Assembly: GCA_020429045.1 (NCBI GenBank)
Contig: JAGQLS010000006.1
Coordinates: 11,993 to 75,992 of the forward strand
Source: Candidatus Woesebacteria bacterium
GTDB taxonomy: Bacteria; Patescibacteriota; Microgenomatia; UBA1406; GWC2-37-13
Length of the DNA: 64,000 nt
Direction: 5' to 3'
Below the pieces are notes generated by a model. It worked only from the letters and a program-made list of their open reading frames with translations. It had not been told where the DNA came from and ran no database searches. This document shows positions 36,128 to 45,338 of the stretch, one piece after another. The position numbers were made by a program, and so were the translations under genes. Each line of letters begins with the position of its first letter. Position 1 is the stretch's first letter.

Positions 36128-36688
36128 TTACACACTCATGATTTCTTTTTGTTTTGCATCTTTTAGTTGTTGCAGCTGATTATTTACCTGCGTTGCTGTG
36201 TCGTCAATCATTTTTTCGGCTCGAAACAAATCATCTTTGGAAATTTCTTTGTTTTCTTCCATGTTTTTGAGCTTTTTGCGGGCATCGTTGCGGAAATCTC
36301 GCATAATTTGCTTCGTTTCCTCTACTTTTTGCGCGACTATTTTGGAATATTTCTGTCGCTGTTCCTCGGTGAGTGCAGGAACTTTGATATACATGGTAGA
36401 GCCCTGTACTTTTGGGGTGAATCCGATGTCGGAATTGAGTATGCCCCTGTTTATATCTTCGGTTGTGGAAGGATCAAATGGTACGACAACGAGCGTATCA
36501 GCTCCTTCGGTAGTTATGGAAGCAAGTTCCTTGACTTTGAGTTTTGTTGAACCGCCGTACGCTTCAACGACGATGGTTTCCAGCATGCCGGGGTTTGCTC
36601 TGCCGGTGCGTATGCCTTTGAGCGCTTCTTTGAGTTCATCAACCGCCATGGCTATGCTTGTTTTATACTCTTCGACAATTTCTATCAT
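36128..36688 (-). CDS. frr: ribosome recycling factor
   Basis: KGIRTGRANPGMLETIVVEAYG...VVPFDPS...LTEEQRQK. Start trimmed to MIEIVEEY (ATG 36688); the extension overlaps a repeat. Confidence 0.9.
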   Translation of the reverse strand: MIEIVEEYKTSIAMAVDELKEALKGIRTGRANPGMLETIVVEAYGGSTKLKVKELASITTEGADTLVVVPFDPSTTEDINRGILNSDIGFTPKVQGSTMYIKVPALTEEQRQKYSKIVAQKVEETKQIMRDFRNDARKKLKNMEENKEISKDDLFRAEKMIDDTATQVNNQLQQLKDAKQKEIMSV

Positions 36689-36707
36689 GTTCCAAGTATA
36701 CAATACG

Positions 36708-36800
36708 TAGGAAAAAGTAACAATTAACGAAAAAATTACAACTAGCAAGTAACAGGTAACAAAAACATATAGTTTGTTGTTGCTTATAGCTTAAAACGAA
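36708..36800 (-). repeat. intergenic repeat element, short form
   Basis: gtaacaattaacgaaaaaattacaactagcaagtaacaggtaacaaaaaca. The 22-nt core equals 21371-21392. Confidence 0.65.
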
Positions 36801-36820
36801 ATGAGGAAAGATAAAGAAGA

Positions 36821-37285
36821 TTACTTTTCTTCGCCGAGTTCCCAGCGGACAAGACGAGAAATTTGGATATTTTCGCCAAACTTGAGGATTGCTTCCTTCA
36901 CCAGTTGCTCAATCGTTTTGCCTGGTTCGCGGATATAAGGTTGCTTAAGAAATTCCTCCACAGACTCGGCAGGTACCGAGGCGACTTGCATAGCCAGCTC
37001 TTGACCAAGTGAGCGAAATTCATCATTTCCTGAAACAAAGTCTGTCTCAGAGCGCATTTCAAGGAGTGAAGCGATTTTTTTATTGTGATGGATGTAAGAA
37101 AACAGCGCTCCATCGGCAGTTTGTCGATCGGCTTTCTTTTCTGCTTTCTCTACTCCCCACTCATTGAGAAGGTTTTGTGCTTTTTTGTAGGCATTATCGG
37201 TTTCTTCAAGTGCTTTTTTACACAAAGCAAATGAAACGCCGGTTTCTTTTCGTAATTTTTTTAATACGTTATAGTCAACAGACAT
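36821..37285 (-). CDS. tsf: elongation factor Ts (short form)
   Basis: UBA-like N-terminus LKKLRKETGVSFALCKKALEE. Positioned between rpsB and frr. Confidence 0.8.
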   Translation of the reverse strand: MSVDYNVLKKLRKETGVSFALCKKALEETDNAYKKAQNLLNEWGVEKAEKKADRQTADGALFSYIHHNKKIASLLEMRSETDFVSGNDEFRSLGQELAMQVASVPAESVEEFLKQPYIREPGKTIEQLVKEAILKFGENIQISRLVRWELGEEK

Positions 37286-37320
37286 ATCTTACATTGTACA
37301 AAATGCTAATAAAATCAGGT

Positions 37321-38013
37321 TTATTTTTTTCCAGCTGCGTAGGCTCCAAGCAGTTCTTTCACGACATATTCTACCACTTCTGACGAATCGTCGTTGGCGA
37401 CAATCGGGTATTGTATACGTTCAGGATTTGCATTGGTATCGGCTATGGCAACAATCGGAATATCAAACGATTGGGCTTCTTTGACCGCATTTTTTTCCTT
37501 TTTCATATCTACGACAAGCAGTATGTCTGGGTGTTTTTCGAGTTGTTCGATACCTTCGTATAGTCTATTGAGTTTAGACATGATGCGTTTTTGCTCGATC
37601 TGTTCGTGTTTTGGCAGTTCATTCCATGCACCTTCCTCTTCTTGTTTTTTTATCTCGGAGAGCTTTTTGACGTTCTCCATAATGGTTTTGAAGTTGGTAA
37701 GTAAGCCTGGAAGCCATTTATTTGAGATAAATGGGAGTTTGTGTGCAGTAGCGTGCTCTTTGACAATGGCTGCCGCTGTGCGCTTGGTGCCAACAACGAG
37801 CATGGTTTTTCCCTCTTTTGCTGCGTTTTGAAGGTATTTTTTAGCATCTTCAAGTTGTTGTGCAGTTTTGGTGAGGTCAATAACCGATATGCCATTGATC
37901 ATTTGATAAACATTTTTTTTGGCTTTTGGGTGGGTTCGGTTTTTCCTATGCCCCATATGCGCCTTGAGATCAAAGAGTTCTTTGACAATGCTATCTTGTT
38001 TTGTTGCTGACAT
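37321..38013 (-). CDS. rpsB: 30S ribosomal protein S2
   Basis: LFDLKAHMGHRKNRTHPKAKKNVY, GKTMLVVGTKR, and PIVAIADTNANP motifs. Confidence 0.92.
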   Translation of the reverse strand: MSATKQDSIVKELFDLKAHMGHRKNRTHPKAKKNVYQMINGISVIDLTKTAQQLEDAKKYLQNAAKEGKTMLVVGTKRTAAAIVKEHATAHKLPFISNKWLPGLLTNFKTIMENVKKLSEIKKQEEEGAWNELPKHEQIEQKRIMSKLNRLYEGIEQLEKHPDILLVVDMKKEKNAVKEAQSFDIPIVAIADTNANPERIQYPIVANDDSSEVVEYVVKELLGAYAAGKK

Positions 38014-38150
38014 AAGCCTTTATTGTAACAGATGCCGCCAAAATTGCAACGATGGTTTAAAGTTTTTTCGTACGAAAAGTATTTCGACTTGAAATATTAT
38101 AGGATAAATGATATAATTACGCATTTGGTGTGTAAATTACTCAAATCTTT

Positions 38151-40055
38151 ATGGAATCACCCCAAACCATAGTTGTAAATCCTACCTCTGTACTAATTGT
38201 TTGCCACGCCACACAAAGAAAAGACGATCGACACGATTGTGGTGAACGTGGAACGATTAGAACATTTCCTTTACGTGAATTATTTTTGCCAGAGAACCAG
38301 GTTGGGCACGAATCAAGAACAATTATTTTTCCTTGTAATACTCCTTCAGAGGGGATTTCAAATGAGCAAGCTTTGATGATAAATCGAATCTATGATCTTA
38401 TAGAAGCCTTTCACCCCGGATTTGACATAGAACATATACTTCTTCACTACAACGGAAAAGTTCAAATAGCTATGACTGACGCTACCTGTAACCCACTCTA
38501 TTTACACGACGCACTCATGACCCCAGAAGTAGAAAAAGAAATTGCCGATCTTTTTCCAACAGTCAACCGTCAAACATTGACTCAATCAAATATTGAAAGC
38601 GCTTTAGATGTTATTTTTGGCACAAAATTGGGTAGTAGCGAACATGATGGTGCAATAGTAAAATTGCGAACTCATATGCTTTCAACATTTTCTCATAACG
38701 TTATGAAAACAAAAATAGTACAAGCAATAAGAAATTGCGAAGATAAAGAATTACCACAGGAAATTCTTATCCATTATATGCGTCGAGAAATGCGTTGTTA
38801 TTGTGAAAAGAACAATCTTTTTAATCCCGATGCAACGGTGAAAGAAGTTACGCACGGTTATATGAATCAAATAAAGCTACTTATTCAAGGAGTGTTAGAT
38901 AATAGAATTTCTACTGAACAATTTAATAACCAACTTAATATAATAGTCCAAGGTCAATTACGTCAATCTGGACCAGTACTATTGGGCGGGTTAGTGCAAA
39001 AAGCAATCCGCGATTCTGGATCATTACTCCAAGAAAGTGAATATATACAGATTGATGACGCTGCGTATAGTTATCCAGTTGTGGATAGTATTATTCTTTC
39101 GCGCTTAACCATGGTTCTCAACGACCGACTACTTAATTTATTTCGGTATGTTATCGGGACAATTGGACTAAATGTTAATCTTCGTTGGATGACAGAGATG
39201 GATCCTATTCATACTTCAGATCATTATGATACAAAAGTAAAATACGAATGGGGAAAAATACTGCAGGATCAAATATTACAAAGGGTGTTGGCATTGCCTG
39301 TTTGTCGACCTATTGCAGAAGAAACTACCGAGCCGTTAGTTGATCCCGATGTCGACCCCCTTTACCAGCACGGATTATTTCTTAATGATGAGGATGATAC
39401 CTACGTTTGTTTTCCAGTAGGGAAAACAGACGGATTTTCAATATCGGTGAAAAAAGACGATCCTGATTCCAATCATAGACATCGATTGGCTAACAAATTT
39501 CTCAAAAATAAATCTATAAAGCCAGATGAAGCAGAATACTTGTTGGGTGAGATTCTCAACGGCAATATTGCAATTTCTATACTTGAAGTTAAAACAAGAT
39601 TTTTTAATGAAAATGGCGATGGAATAGATTATAAATCAAAAGTCGCATCAGAAATAAGCCACTATATACTGATGATTTTTAGAATGCTTTTCAATCACGG
39701 TTTAATAAGTTTAAATCCAGAAGACACTATTGGGTATCCGCGACTCAATCAATTATTAAGCAAGTTATATTTATACGGAACAATTATTGATTGGCCGGTA
39801 TTATTGGAAAAAAGTGATACTATTCCAATGGAAAAAAGTGATACTATTCCAATTAATTTTGAAATTTTGAGTAAACACATGAATGGAATATCTGCCGATT
39901 TTTTTTGCTTAAACGATGATCGGTGTGGTTTGCTAGCGGCATTAACGCAAAGATATAATAAATATTGTGAAAGAGCAAAACAACAAATGGAAAATGGCGA
40001 AGTGTATATTGCGACCGTCAATGGAAACGGTAATGGTAATAAAGATACGGCTTAA
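38151..40055 (+). CDS. large orphan protein, no recognisable domain
   Basis: 634-aa uninterrupted ORF, AT-rich, with no signal peptide or TM helix. Internal 24-bp tandem duplication (EKSDTIPM/EKSDTIPI) and an NGNGNGN tail. Confidence 0.6.
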   Translation: MESPQTIVVNPTSVLIVCHATQRKDDRHDCGERGTIRTFPLRELFLPENQVGHESRTIIFPCNTPSEGISNEQALMINRIYDLIEAFHPGFDIEHILLHYNGKVQIAMTDATCNPLYLHDALMTPEVEKEIADLFPTVNRQTLTQSNIESALDVIFGTKLGSSEHDGAIVKLRTHMLSTFSHNVMKTKIVQAIRNCEDKELPQEILIHYMRREMRCYCEKNNLFNPDATVKEVTHGYMNQIKLLIQGVLDNRISTEQFNNQLNIIVQGQLRQSGPVLLGGLVQKAIRDSGSLLQESEYIQIDDAAYSYPVVDSIILSRLTMVLNDRLLNLFRYVIGTIGLNVNLRWMTEMDPIHTSDHYDTKVKYEWGKILQDQILQRVLALPVCRPIAEETTEPLVDPDVDPLYQHGLFLNDEDDTYVCFPVGKTDGFSISVKKDDPDSNHRHRLANKFLKNKSIKPDEAEYLLGEILNGNIAISILEVKTRFFNENGDGIDYKSKVASEISHYILMIFRMLFNHGLISLNPEDTIGYPRLNQLLSKLYLYGTIIDWPVLLEKSDTIPMEKSDTIPINFEILSKHMNGISADFFCLNDDRCGLLAALTQRYNKYCERAKQQMENGEVYIATVNGNGNGNKDTA

Positions 40056-40088
40056 CGTGAATCAGTAATATCTTAGATTTAGGTTATA

Positions 40089-40979
40089 TCAGAGGTTTAA
40101 CCCCTTCAGATACTCAATGAACTTTCCATTCAAATCGGGGTGGCGAAGCGCATAATCTACCACCGTTTTCAAATACTCCAGCTTATTACCGGTATCATAA
40201 TACCTTCCATCCTCAATCACGCAGGCCAAGATGTCTCTCCCCTGCTCACGGAGTTGGTCGATCGCTTCAGGTAAATAATACTCTCCCCCAGTACCTCGCT
40301 CTTGTGCGTTTAAAATGGGAAAAATATCAGGAGTCAAAATATAACAGCCGTGGGTGGCAATTTGACTGGGCGCTTCATCTGGACTAGGCTTTTCTATAAT
40401 TTTTTTTATCTTGAAGACACGATCCTCTCCTTGCATGGGTTCTATGTCGGCAATACCATATTTTGTCAAACGTCTACGATCTTCGATTTTGATCCCCGAA
40501 ATAACCGGCTGTTCGTATCGTTCATACACGTCAATACACTGTTTGAGGCGCGGTGGGTTAGAGGAAATGAACTCATCACCCCACAACACCGCGAAAGGTT
40601 CATTGCCGATCACATGCTGGGCGTTTTTTACAGGCGTTGCATTGCCATACCCACCTTTTTGTCGAATATAGATGAAGTTAGCCAGATTAGAAATCCGCTC
40701 GACTTCTTCGAGCAACGGTTTTTTGCTCTCTCCACCTTCTTCAAGAAGGCTTACCAAATCGTGAGAAGGGGCGTCAAAATGATCTTCGATACTGCGCTTG
40801 TGGTAACCGGTTACAATGATAATATCTTCAATACCGCTTGCAACGCATTCTTCGACAACATATTGAATAACCGGCTTATCGACAATCGGGAGCATCTCTT
40901 TGGGCATGGCCTTGGTCTGGGGCAAAAATCGGGTGCCAAATCCGGCTGCCGGTATAATTGCTTTACGAATTTTTTTCAT
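40089..40979 (-). CDS. galU: UTP--glucose-1-phosphate uridylyltransferase
   Basis: KAIIPAAGFGTRFLPQTKAMPKEMLPIVDKP is the signature N-terminus. Confidence 0.92.
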   Translation of the reverse strand: MKKIRKAIIPAAGFGTRFLPQTKAMPKEMLPIVDKPVIQYVVEECVASGIEDIIIVTGYHKRSIEDHFDAPSHDLVSLLEEGGESKKPLLEEVERISNLANFIYIRQKGGYGNATPVKNAQHVIGNEPFAVLWGDEFISSNPPRLKQCIDVYERYEQPVISGIKIEDRRRLTKYGIADIEPMQGEDRVFKIKKIIEKPSPDEAPSQIATHGCYILTPDIFPILNAQERGTGGEYYLPEAIDQLREQGRDILACVIEDGRYYDTGNKLEYLKTVVDYALRHPDLNGKFIEYLKGLNL

Positions 40980-41102
40980 AAATATCTGTTTGTACGTATA
41001 AAAAAAGCGTTATCCGTTTTATTGAAATAGAAAACCCAACAAATCGTGATCACGCTTCGCAATTACTCTGTGAAAAGCTATATTATAGCGCTTTTTGGCT
41101 TA

Positions 41103-41519
41103 TTATTCAAACTTCACTGTCACCGAACGGTCAAACTGCGTACCCTCGGAAACGACCGTGATCGCAGCTACGCCAGGCTGGTCCGAAACCAAACCAAACT
41201 CCGCCTGACCTTTGTCGTCGGTGATGACGTTGTCTTGTTTGACCGTGCCGATACTCGTGAGAACCCGCACGTTTTTGCCGGGAATCCCCTGCCCTGCTGT
41301 GTTACGTACAAAGACCGTGACTTTGCTCTCGGTCGTGTTGTCGGCAGGTACCGTCAATGGCCACGCAAACACCAACGAGTTGTTTGCAGAGATGGTAGCA
41401 TCGATATTGGTTGCCCGCGCAACCGAATTGGTCGAGCGATTATTGAGATACACGTAGCCGGTAAATGCAACAAACGCAAGAAAAAAAAGAATCGACAAAC
41501 CGACAAGATTTCTGTCCAT
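41103..41519 (-). CDS. membrane-anchored Ig-like (Big-type) domain protein
   Basis: N-terminal TM anchor, then a beta-rich domain: VTVFVRNTAGQGIPGKNVRVLTSIGTV...TDDKGQAEFGLVSDQPGVAAITV. Confidence 0.55.
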   Translation of the reverse strand: MDRNLVGLSILFFLAFVAFTGYVYLNNRSTNSVARATNIDATISANNSLVFAWPLTVPADNTTESKVTVFVRNTAGQGIPGKNVRVLTSIGTVKQDNVITDDKGQAEFGLVSDQPGVAAITVVSEGTQFDRSVTVKFE

Positions 41520-41561
41520 AGTAGGTAATGCTTAATTAATAATGCACAATGGGTAATAAAA

Positions 41562-42257
41562 TCAAATACTAATATATTTCTTTTCCTTCAAAATCGCGAT
41601 TATCTCTTCTAAAATTTCTTCTTTACTACGTATTGTACCATTTTTCGTACACTCAATTTTTTCCCAATGGTCATAGCGTTTATAGAGCTTCTCGTAGAGC
41701 TTATTTACACTGTCTCGATAGGTATGGCTTTTTTCGTGAATATCTTCTTTTTTGCCATTCAAATAGCTCCTCCCGTTTTTCTTGAGTGTCAATTGTTTGG
41801 CAATTGTCGGGTCAACGTGGAGGTATACGACTAAATTTTCTTTGGGAAGCTGAAGAAAGCGGTATTCGAGTTCTTCGATCCAGGCGATGAGGTGCTCTTG
41901 ATCTTTGGCTTCCTCGGGTTTGTCAAAGCGTGCAGCCTGGTATGCGATGTTGGAGGTCACATACCGATTCGCGATAACAAGCTTTCCGGCATCGATCTCG
42001 CGTTGAATAGCTTTTCTTTGGGAAAAACGGTCGAGCGCAAAGGGAAGGGCAGCAAGATAGGGAGAAACGGCTTTGAGTTCGCCGAGTTCCCCACGTAGGT
42101 AGGTGCCGACGAGTTTGCCAAAGAATTTGTCGTATTGCGGGAAGTCGAGGTAGGCAAACGGAACGATATGTTTTTTGCAGTAGTCGAGGAGCATACGGGC
42201 CTGTGTTGCTTTGCCAGATCCGTCTCCTCCGTCGATTACTATGAGTGCACCTTTCAT
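41562..42257 (-). CDS. tmk: thymidylate kinase
   Basis: ALIVIDGGDGSGKATQ P-loop and the NRY(V)TSN motif. Confidence 0.9.
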   Translation of the reverse strand: MKGALIVIDGGDGSGKATQARMLLDYCKKHIVPFAYLDFPQYDKFFGKLVGTYLRGELGELKAVSPYLAALPFALDRFSQRKAIQREIDAGKLVIANRYVTSNIAYQAARFDKPEEAKDQEHLIAWIEELEYRFLQLPKENLVVYLHVDPTIAKQLTLKKNGRSYLNGKKEDIHEKSHTYRDSVNKLYEKLYKRYDHWEKIECTKNGTIRSKEEILEEIIAILKEKKYISI

Positions 42258-42294
42258 AAGGCTAGATAATTAGAAAAAAGTCAATAAATCATAA

Positions 42295-42660
42295 AATCAA
42301 TATATCATGAAATCATTAAAGCAAAAAATCATTAAAACACTATCATTCCCCTCCAACTCGCCCGCCGATTCGCCCGCCGATTCGGCGGGGGGGGAATCTC
42401 ATATTCTAAGTTTTCTCGTTCGCTTGATTAATGAAAGCGTTTTGATACAAACACTAAACACTTATATTTCTTTAGAGATAAACACGCTTTCAACACCTTT
42501 TTTTGAGGGTAAGCTATTGGTTTGCATATGATGTTTCAAGCTATAAGTTTCAAGAGACAAGCTATACGTTCTTCGTTGTTACCTGTTACTTGTTAATTGT
42601 TAGTTGTAAGTTTTTCGTTGTTACTTATTCATTTTTTTACTATTTTCTCTTTACCCTTAG
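42295..42660 (+). repeat. intergenic repeat element, long form
   Basis: Co-linear with 27966-28420 (shared blocks listed there). Contains the tandem cgcccgccgatt x2 and the hairpin cccgccgattcggcggg. The tail is the reverse complement of 24683-24790 at roughly 90 percent identity by eye. Confidence 0.85.
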
Positions 42661-42667
42661 CATTCAA

Positions 42668-43882
42668 TTACACGTTGGTAGTTTCAAGCTCTCCCAGAAC
42701 CAGATCAATGACTTTGCGCGCTTCTTCTTTGGAAATATTTGTGGGCAAGTTGAGCGTTTTGGTTGCCATCATCTCGGCGACTGGACACGTACCATGGATA
42801 TAGTGCACTTTTTTGAGCTCAAGCGATTTTGGACCAACGACTTGATCATACCATGACCCGAGATATACGTTGTTCTTTTTGGCTTGATATATTATTCTGT
42901 CGCGTTTTTCTGTCACAAATGGATATCGAATGAGGGCATCGGTGCGCAAATACGTGTGCGGGAGTTCGGTTTGATACTGAGCCATAATATGAATTTTGCG
43001 TTTCATAAGGTCTTGAGACCTTTTGAGTTGTTCGAGGATAAATAAAGCGCTACAGTTGGGCATAGATTTTGAAAGTCCGTAGTTGTATTGTCCCCTTTTC
43101 TCCCCCTTAGTAATTTCAGGAATGAGTAGCGATAGTTGTTGCGAAATGCGGTGCAGCACTTTTCCAAAGCCAATATCATATGTCGATTTTATAACATGAG
43201 CAAAAATTTTGTACAAAATTATTTTTATACAGAACGTTGGATACGGTGCAGGGACTGTTGTTTCAATGCTTTTGAGCACTTTTGTTTCCTGAGCTTTGTG
43301 AGTAACAATGACCCCTCCAAATACTCCAGAAAAAACTTTTGAGCGACCAAAAGACAAAAGTAGTGTAGAACTCGTACGTTTTTTGAATAAACTCGGATTG
43401 AAGCCATGGGCCACATCTTCTATAACAATAATATTCCGTTCCTTAGCAAAAGAGAGAATTTCCTTCCTATGCGTTGGCGTGATGCCGAACGTATGCTGCA
43501 AAACGAGCACGGCACTTTTTTCTGTCGTTTTCTTTTTCAGATCTGCAAGATTCATAGAGAAATCTTCTTCGTTGATATCAACATATATGGGTTTGTATTT
43601 TAGCGCAATAATAGGCAAAACGACAGCTTCGCACGTAAATCCCTGGATCAAAATTTCAGCTTCGTTTGGAAGGTTGAGGGACTTAAGATAATAATATAGC
43701 GCGCTTCTCCCCGAAAGAAAGAGAAACAAAGAAGCACGTGAGCCAAAAAAAAGACGTTTGAGCTTTCTTTTGAGTCGAGCATTAGCTCTCCCCTTTCCCC
43801 ACCGCCATGGTTGGGTGAGAATTTTTAGCGCTAGAAGAGCGTCTTGTTTAGTTTCGTTTGGTGCAAAATCGGTGCTAATCAT
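42668..43882 (-). CDS. DegT/DnrJ/EryC1/StrS family PLP-dependent aminotransferase
   Basis: GFTCEAVVLPI, VLQHTFG, and SFGRSKVFSGVFGG (PLP lysine region). ATG 43882 overlaps the upstream stop by 8 nt (ATGATTAG). Confidence 0.8.
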   Translation of the reverse strand: MISTDFAPNETKQDALLALKILTQPWRWGKGRANARLKRKLKRLFFGSRASLFLFLSGRSALYYYLKSLNLPNEAEILIQGFTCEAVVLPIIALKYKPIYVDINEEDFSMNLADLKKKTTEKSAVLVLQHTFGITPTHRKEILSFAKERNIIVIEDVAHGFNPSLFKKRTSSTLLLSFGRSKVFSGVFGGVIVTHKAQETKVLKSIETTVPAPYPTFCIKIILYKIFAHVIKSTYDIGFGKVLHRISQQLSLLIPEITKGEKRGQYNYGLSKSMPNCSALFILEQLKRSQDLMKRKIHIMAQYQTELPHTYLRTDALIRYPFVTEKRDRIIYQAKKNNVYLGSWYDQVVGPKSLELKKVHYIHGTCPVAEMMATKTLNLPTNISKEEARKVIDLVLGELETTNV

Positions 43883-45335
43883 GCAAAGGTTGTAATAAAA
43901 CTGTTGAAATAATCGATTGAGAAAATTTACCCTCAAGTCCTATAACTGTCTGTTTGTCAGCATGTTCTTTTATGACACTCATCATTGTTTTAGGGCTTGT
44001 AAAGTGTTCCACGTGTATTTTTTTTGGATTGCATAATTTTTTAAACAGCGAATCTGTAGTATACATCGTAATACCGGTGTTTGCGAGTTTGTTCAAGATC
44101 GCTTCATAAGACGAGCACTTCTCTACTCCAAGTTCGATAATGCCCTGAGTAGCAAGTATTTTTCGTGTCATGTGTTTAAACGATGATAAAACGTCAATCA
44201 TGGCCTTGAACCCTTCGACATTGCTATTTATTGCATCGTGTACAACGATTGCACCACGCGGTCCACCGTGCAACGAAAGTTTTCCTGGTAGGGGTTCTAT
44301 CGCCTCGATCTTTTTTTTAATTTCATATGCTTTCATTCCTAAGTCGTATGCTAACGATATCGCCGGCAACAGGTTGAGCGCATTATGTTCTCCCAGTAAT
44401 TGTATTTTGCATGTCAGGTCAAGTTCTTTGTATGTTATATGGATTTTCGTTCCTTGTTGATCGGATTGAAGAAGTTTATACCGAGCATCTGCTCTATCGG
44501 ATATTCCAAAAACAACAACGTGCGTATGAAGATTCCTTTTTAACTGTTGTAGGTTGGGCACAGTTTCGTTGATATATACCGCACCGTTTTTTTTCACTCG
44601 AAATAACAAAGAAGATTCTTCTTCGATCAGCGCTTCTCTACTCTTGTATAGATCAAGGTGCTGATTTCCCAAGCCAGTTAGTACGGCAAAGGAAAATGGA
44701 ATATAGGCAGTGGCCTTTCTTATTTCTCCCCTTTTGTAGGCACCTGCTTCGACAATAAACAAATCGGTGTTGTCTGCAAGATTGCGGTTTATGGATTGTG
44801 CTATACCCACATCGGTATTCATGTTGAGTGGCGTTTTGGCAACCGTATAGTTTTCTTCAAGTACTGCTGCCAGATATTCTTTCACCGAAGTCTTGCCGTA
44901 CGATCCAGTGATGCCAACAAATTGTGCATGTGTTTTTTTTACCTTTTTCTGAGCTTGCATGATGATACTTTCACGAAAAAGTTTGACCGGCAAACTCGTG
45001 ATGTATACAAAAAAACTGATCAAAAGAAAAGCAAAAAATGGTGCAATAACAATGCCATAGAAGAAAAGCCCATATACAAACGGGATATCAAACGATGCGA
45101 GAAACGCTATCAAAAGTAGACAAGAAAAACACAACATAATAATACTGTTGCGAGGCGACTTTGCTGGAACATTAATTTTTACACTATAAAGCTGTTGAAA
45201 AATACCAATCTCATTGAGAGCAGAATTGACTCTGTCAAAACGATATTCTTTTATTTGAAAGAAGTAAAGAACATCTACTCCTTTGAGAAAAATAAGAAGC
45301 GCGGAAAGTGGCACGACAAATAATGAGATCACCAT
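43875..45335 (-). CDS. membrane-anchored Mur ligase family protein (MurF-like)
   Basis: About 130-aa N-terminal region with 3-4 TM helices, then P-loop VGITGSYGKTS and Mur middle and C-terminal domains (AINSNVEGF, ILATQGIIELG). Confidence 0.75.
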   Translation of the reverse strand: MVISLFVVPLSALLIFLKGVDVLYFFQIKEYRFDRVNSALNEIGIFQQLYSVKINVPAKSPRNSIIMLCFSCLLLIAFLASFDIPFVYGLFFYGIVIAPFFAFLLISFFVYITSLPVKLFRESIIMQAQKKVKKTHAQFVGITGSYGKTSVKEYLAAVLEENYTVAKTPLNMNTDVGIAQSINRNLADNTDLFIVEAGAYKRGEIRKATAYIPFSFAVLTGLGNQHLDLYKSREALIEEESSLLFRVKKNGAVYINETVPNLQQLKRNLHTHVVVFGISDRADARYKLLQSDQQGTKIHITYKELDLTCKIQLLGEHNALNLLPAISLAYDLGMKAYEIKKKIEAIEPLPGKLSLHGGPRGAIVVHDAINSNVEGFKAMIDVLSSFKHMTRKILATQGIIELGVEKCSSYEAILNKLANTGITMYTTDSLFKKLCNPKKIHVEHFTSPKTMMSVIKEHADKQTVIGLEGKFSQSIISTVLLQPLHD

Positions 45336-45338
45336 GGT

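Noticed and set aside
40021-40040. aat/ggt microrepeat (NGNGNGN) at the end of the 634-aa ORF as a phase-variation tract
   Set aside because: It has only three to four imperfect hexanucleotide units and is in frame at the extreme C-terminus, so there is no evidence for a switching function.
40350-41030. 226-aa plus-strand ORF
   Set aside because: Antisense shadow of galU, with no motifs.
41046-41528. 160-aa plus-strand ORF
   Set aside because: Antisense to the Ig-like domain gene. Its Arg-rich composition is typical of a GC-rich antisense frame.
793-42660. Possibility that the recurring intergenic repeats form a CRISPR array
   Set aside because: The copies are kilobases apart in separate spacers, differ in length (about 90-460 bp) and occur in both orientations. 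They have no regular repeat-spacer periodicity, and there are no cas genes in the window.
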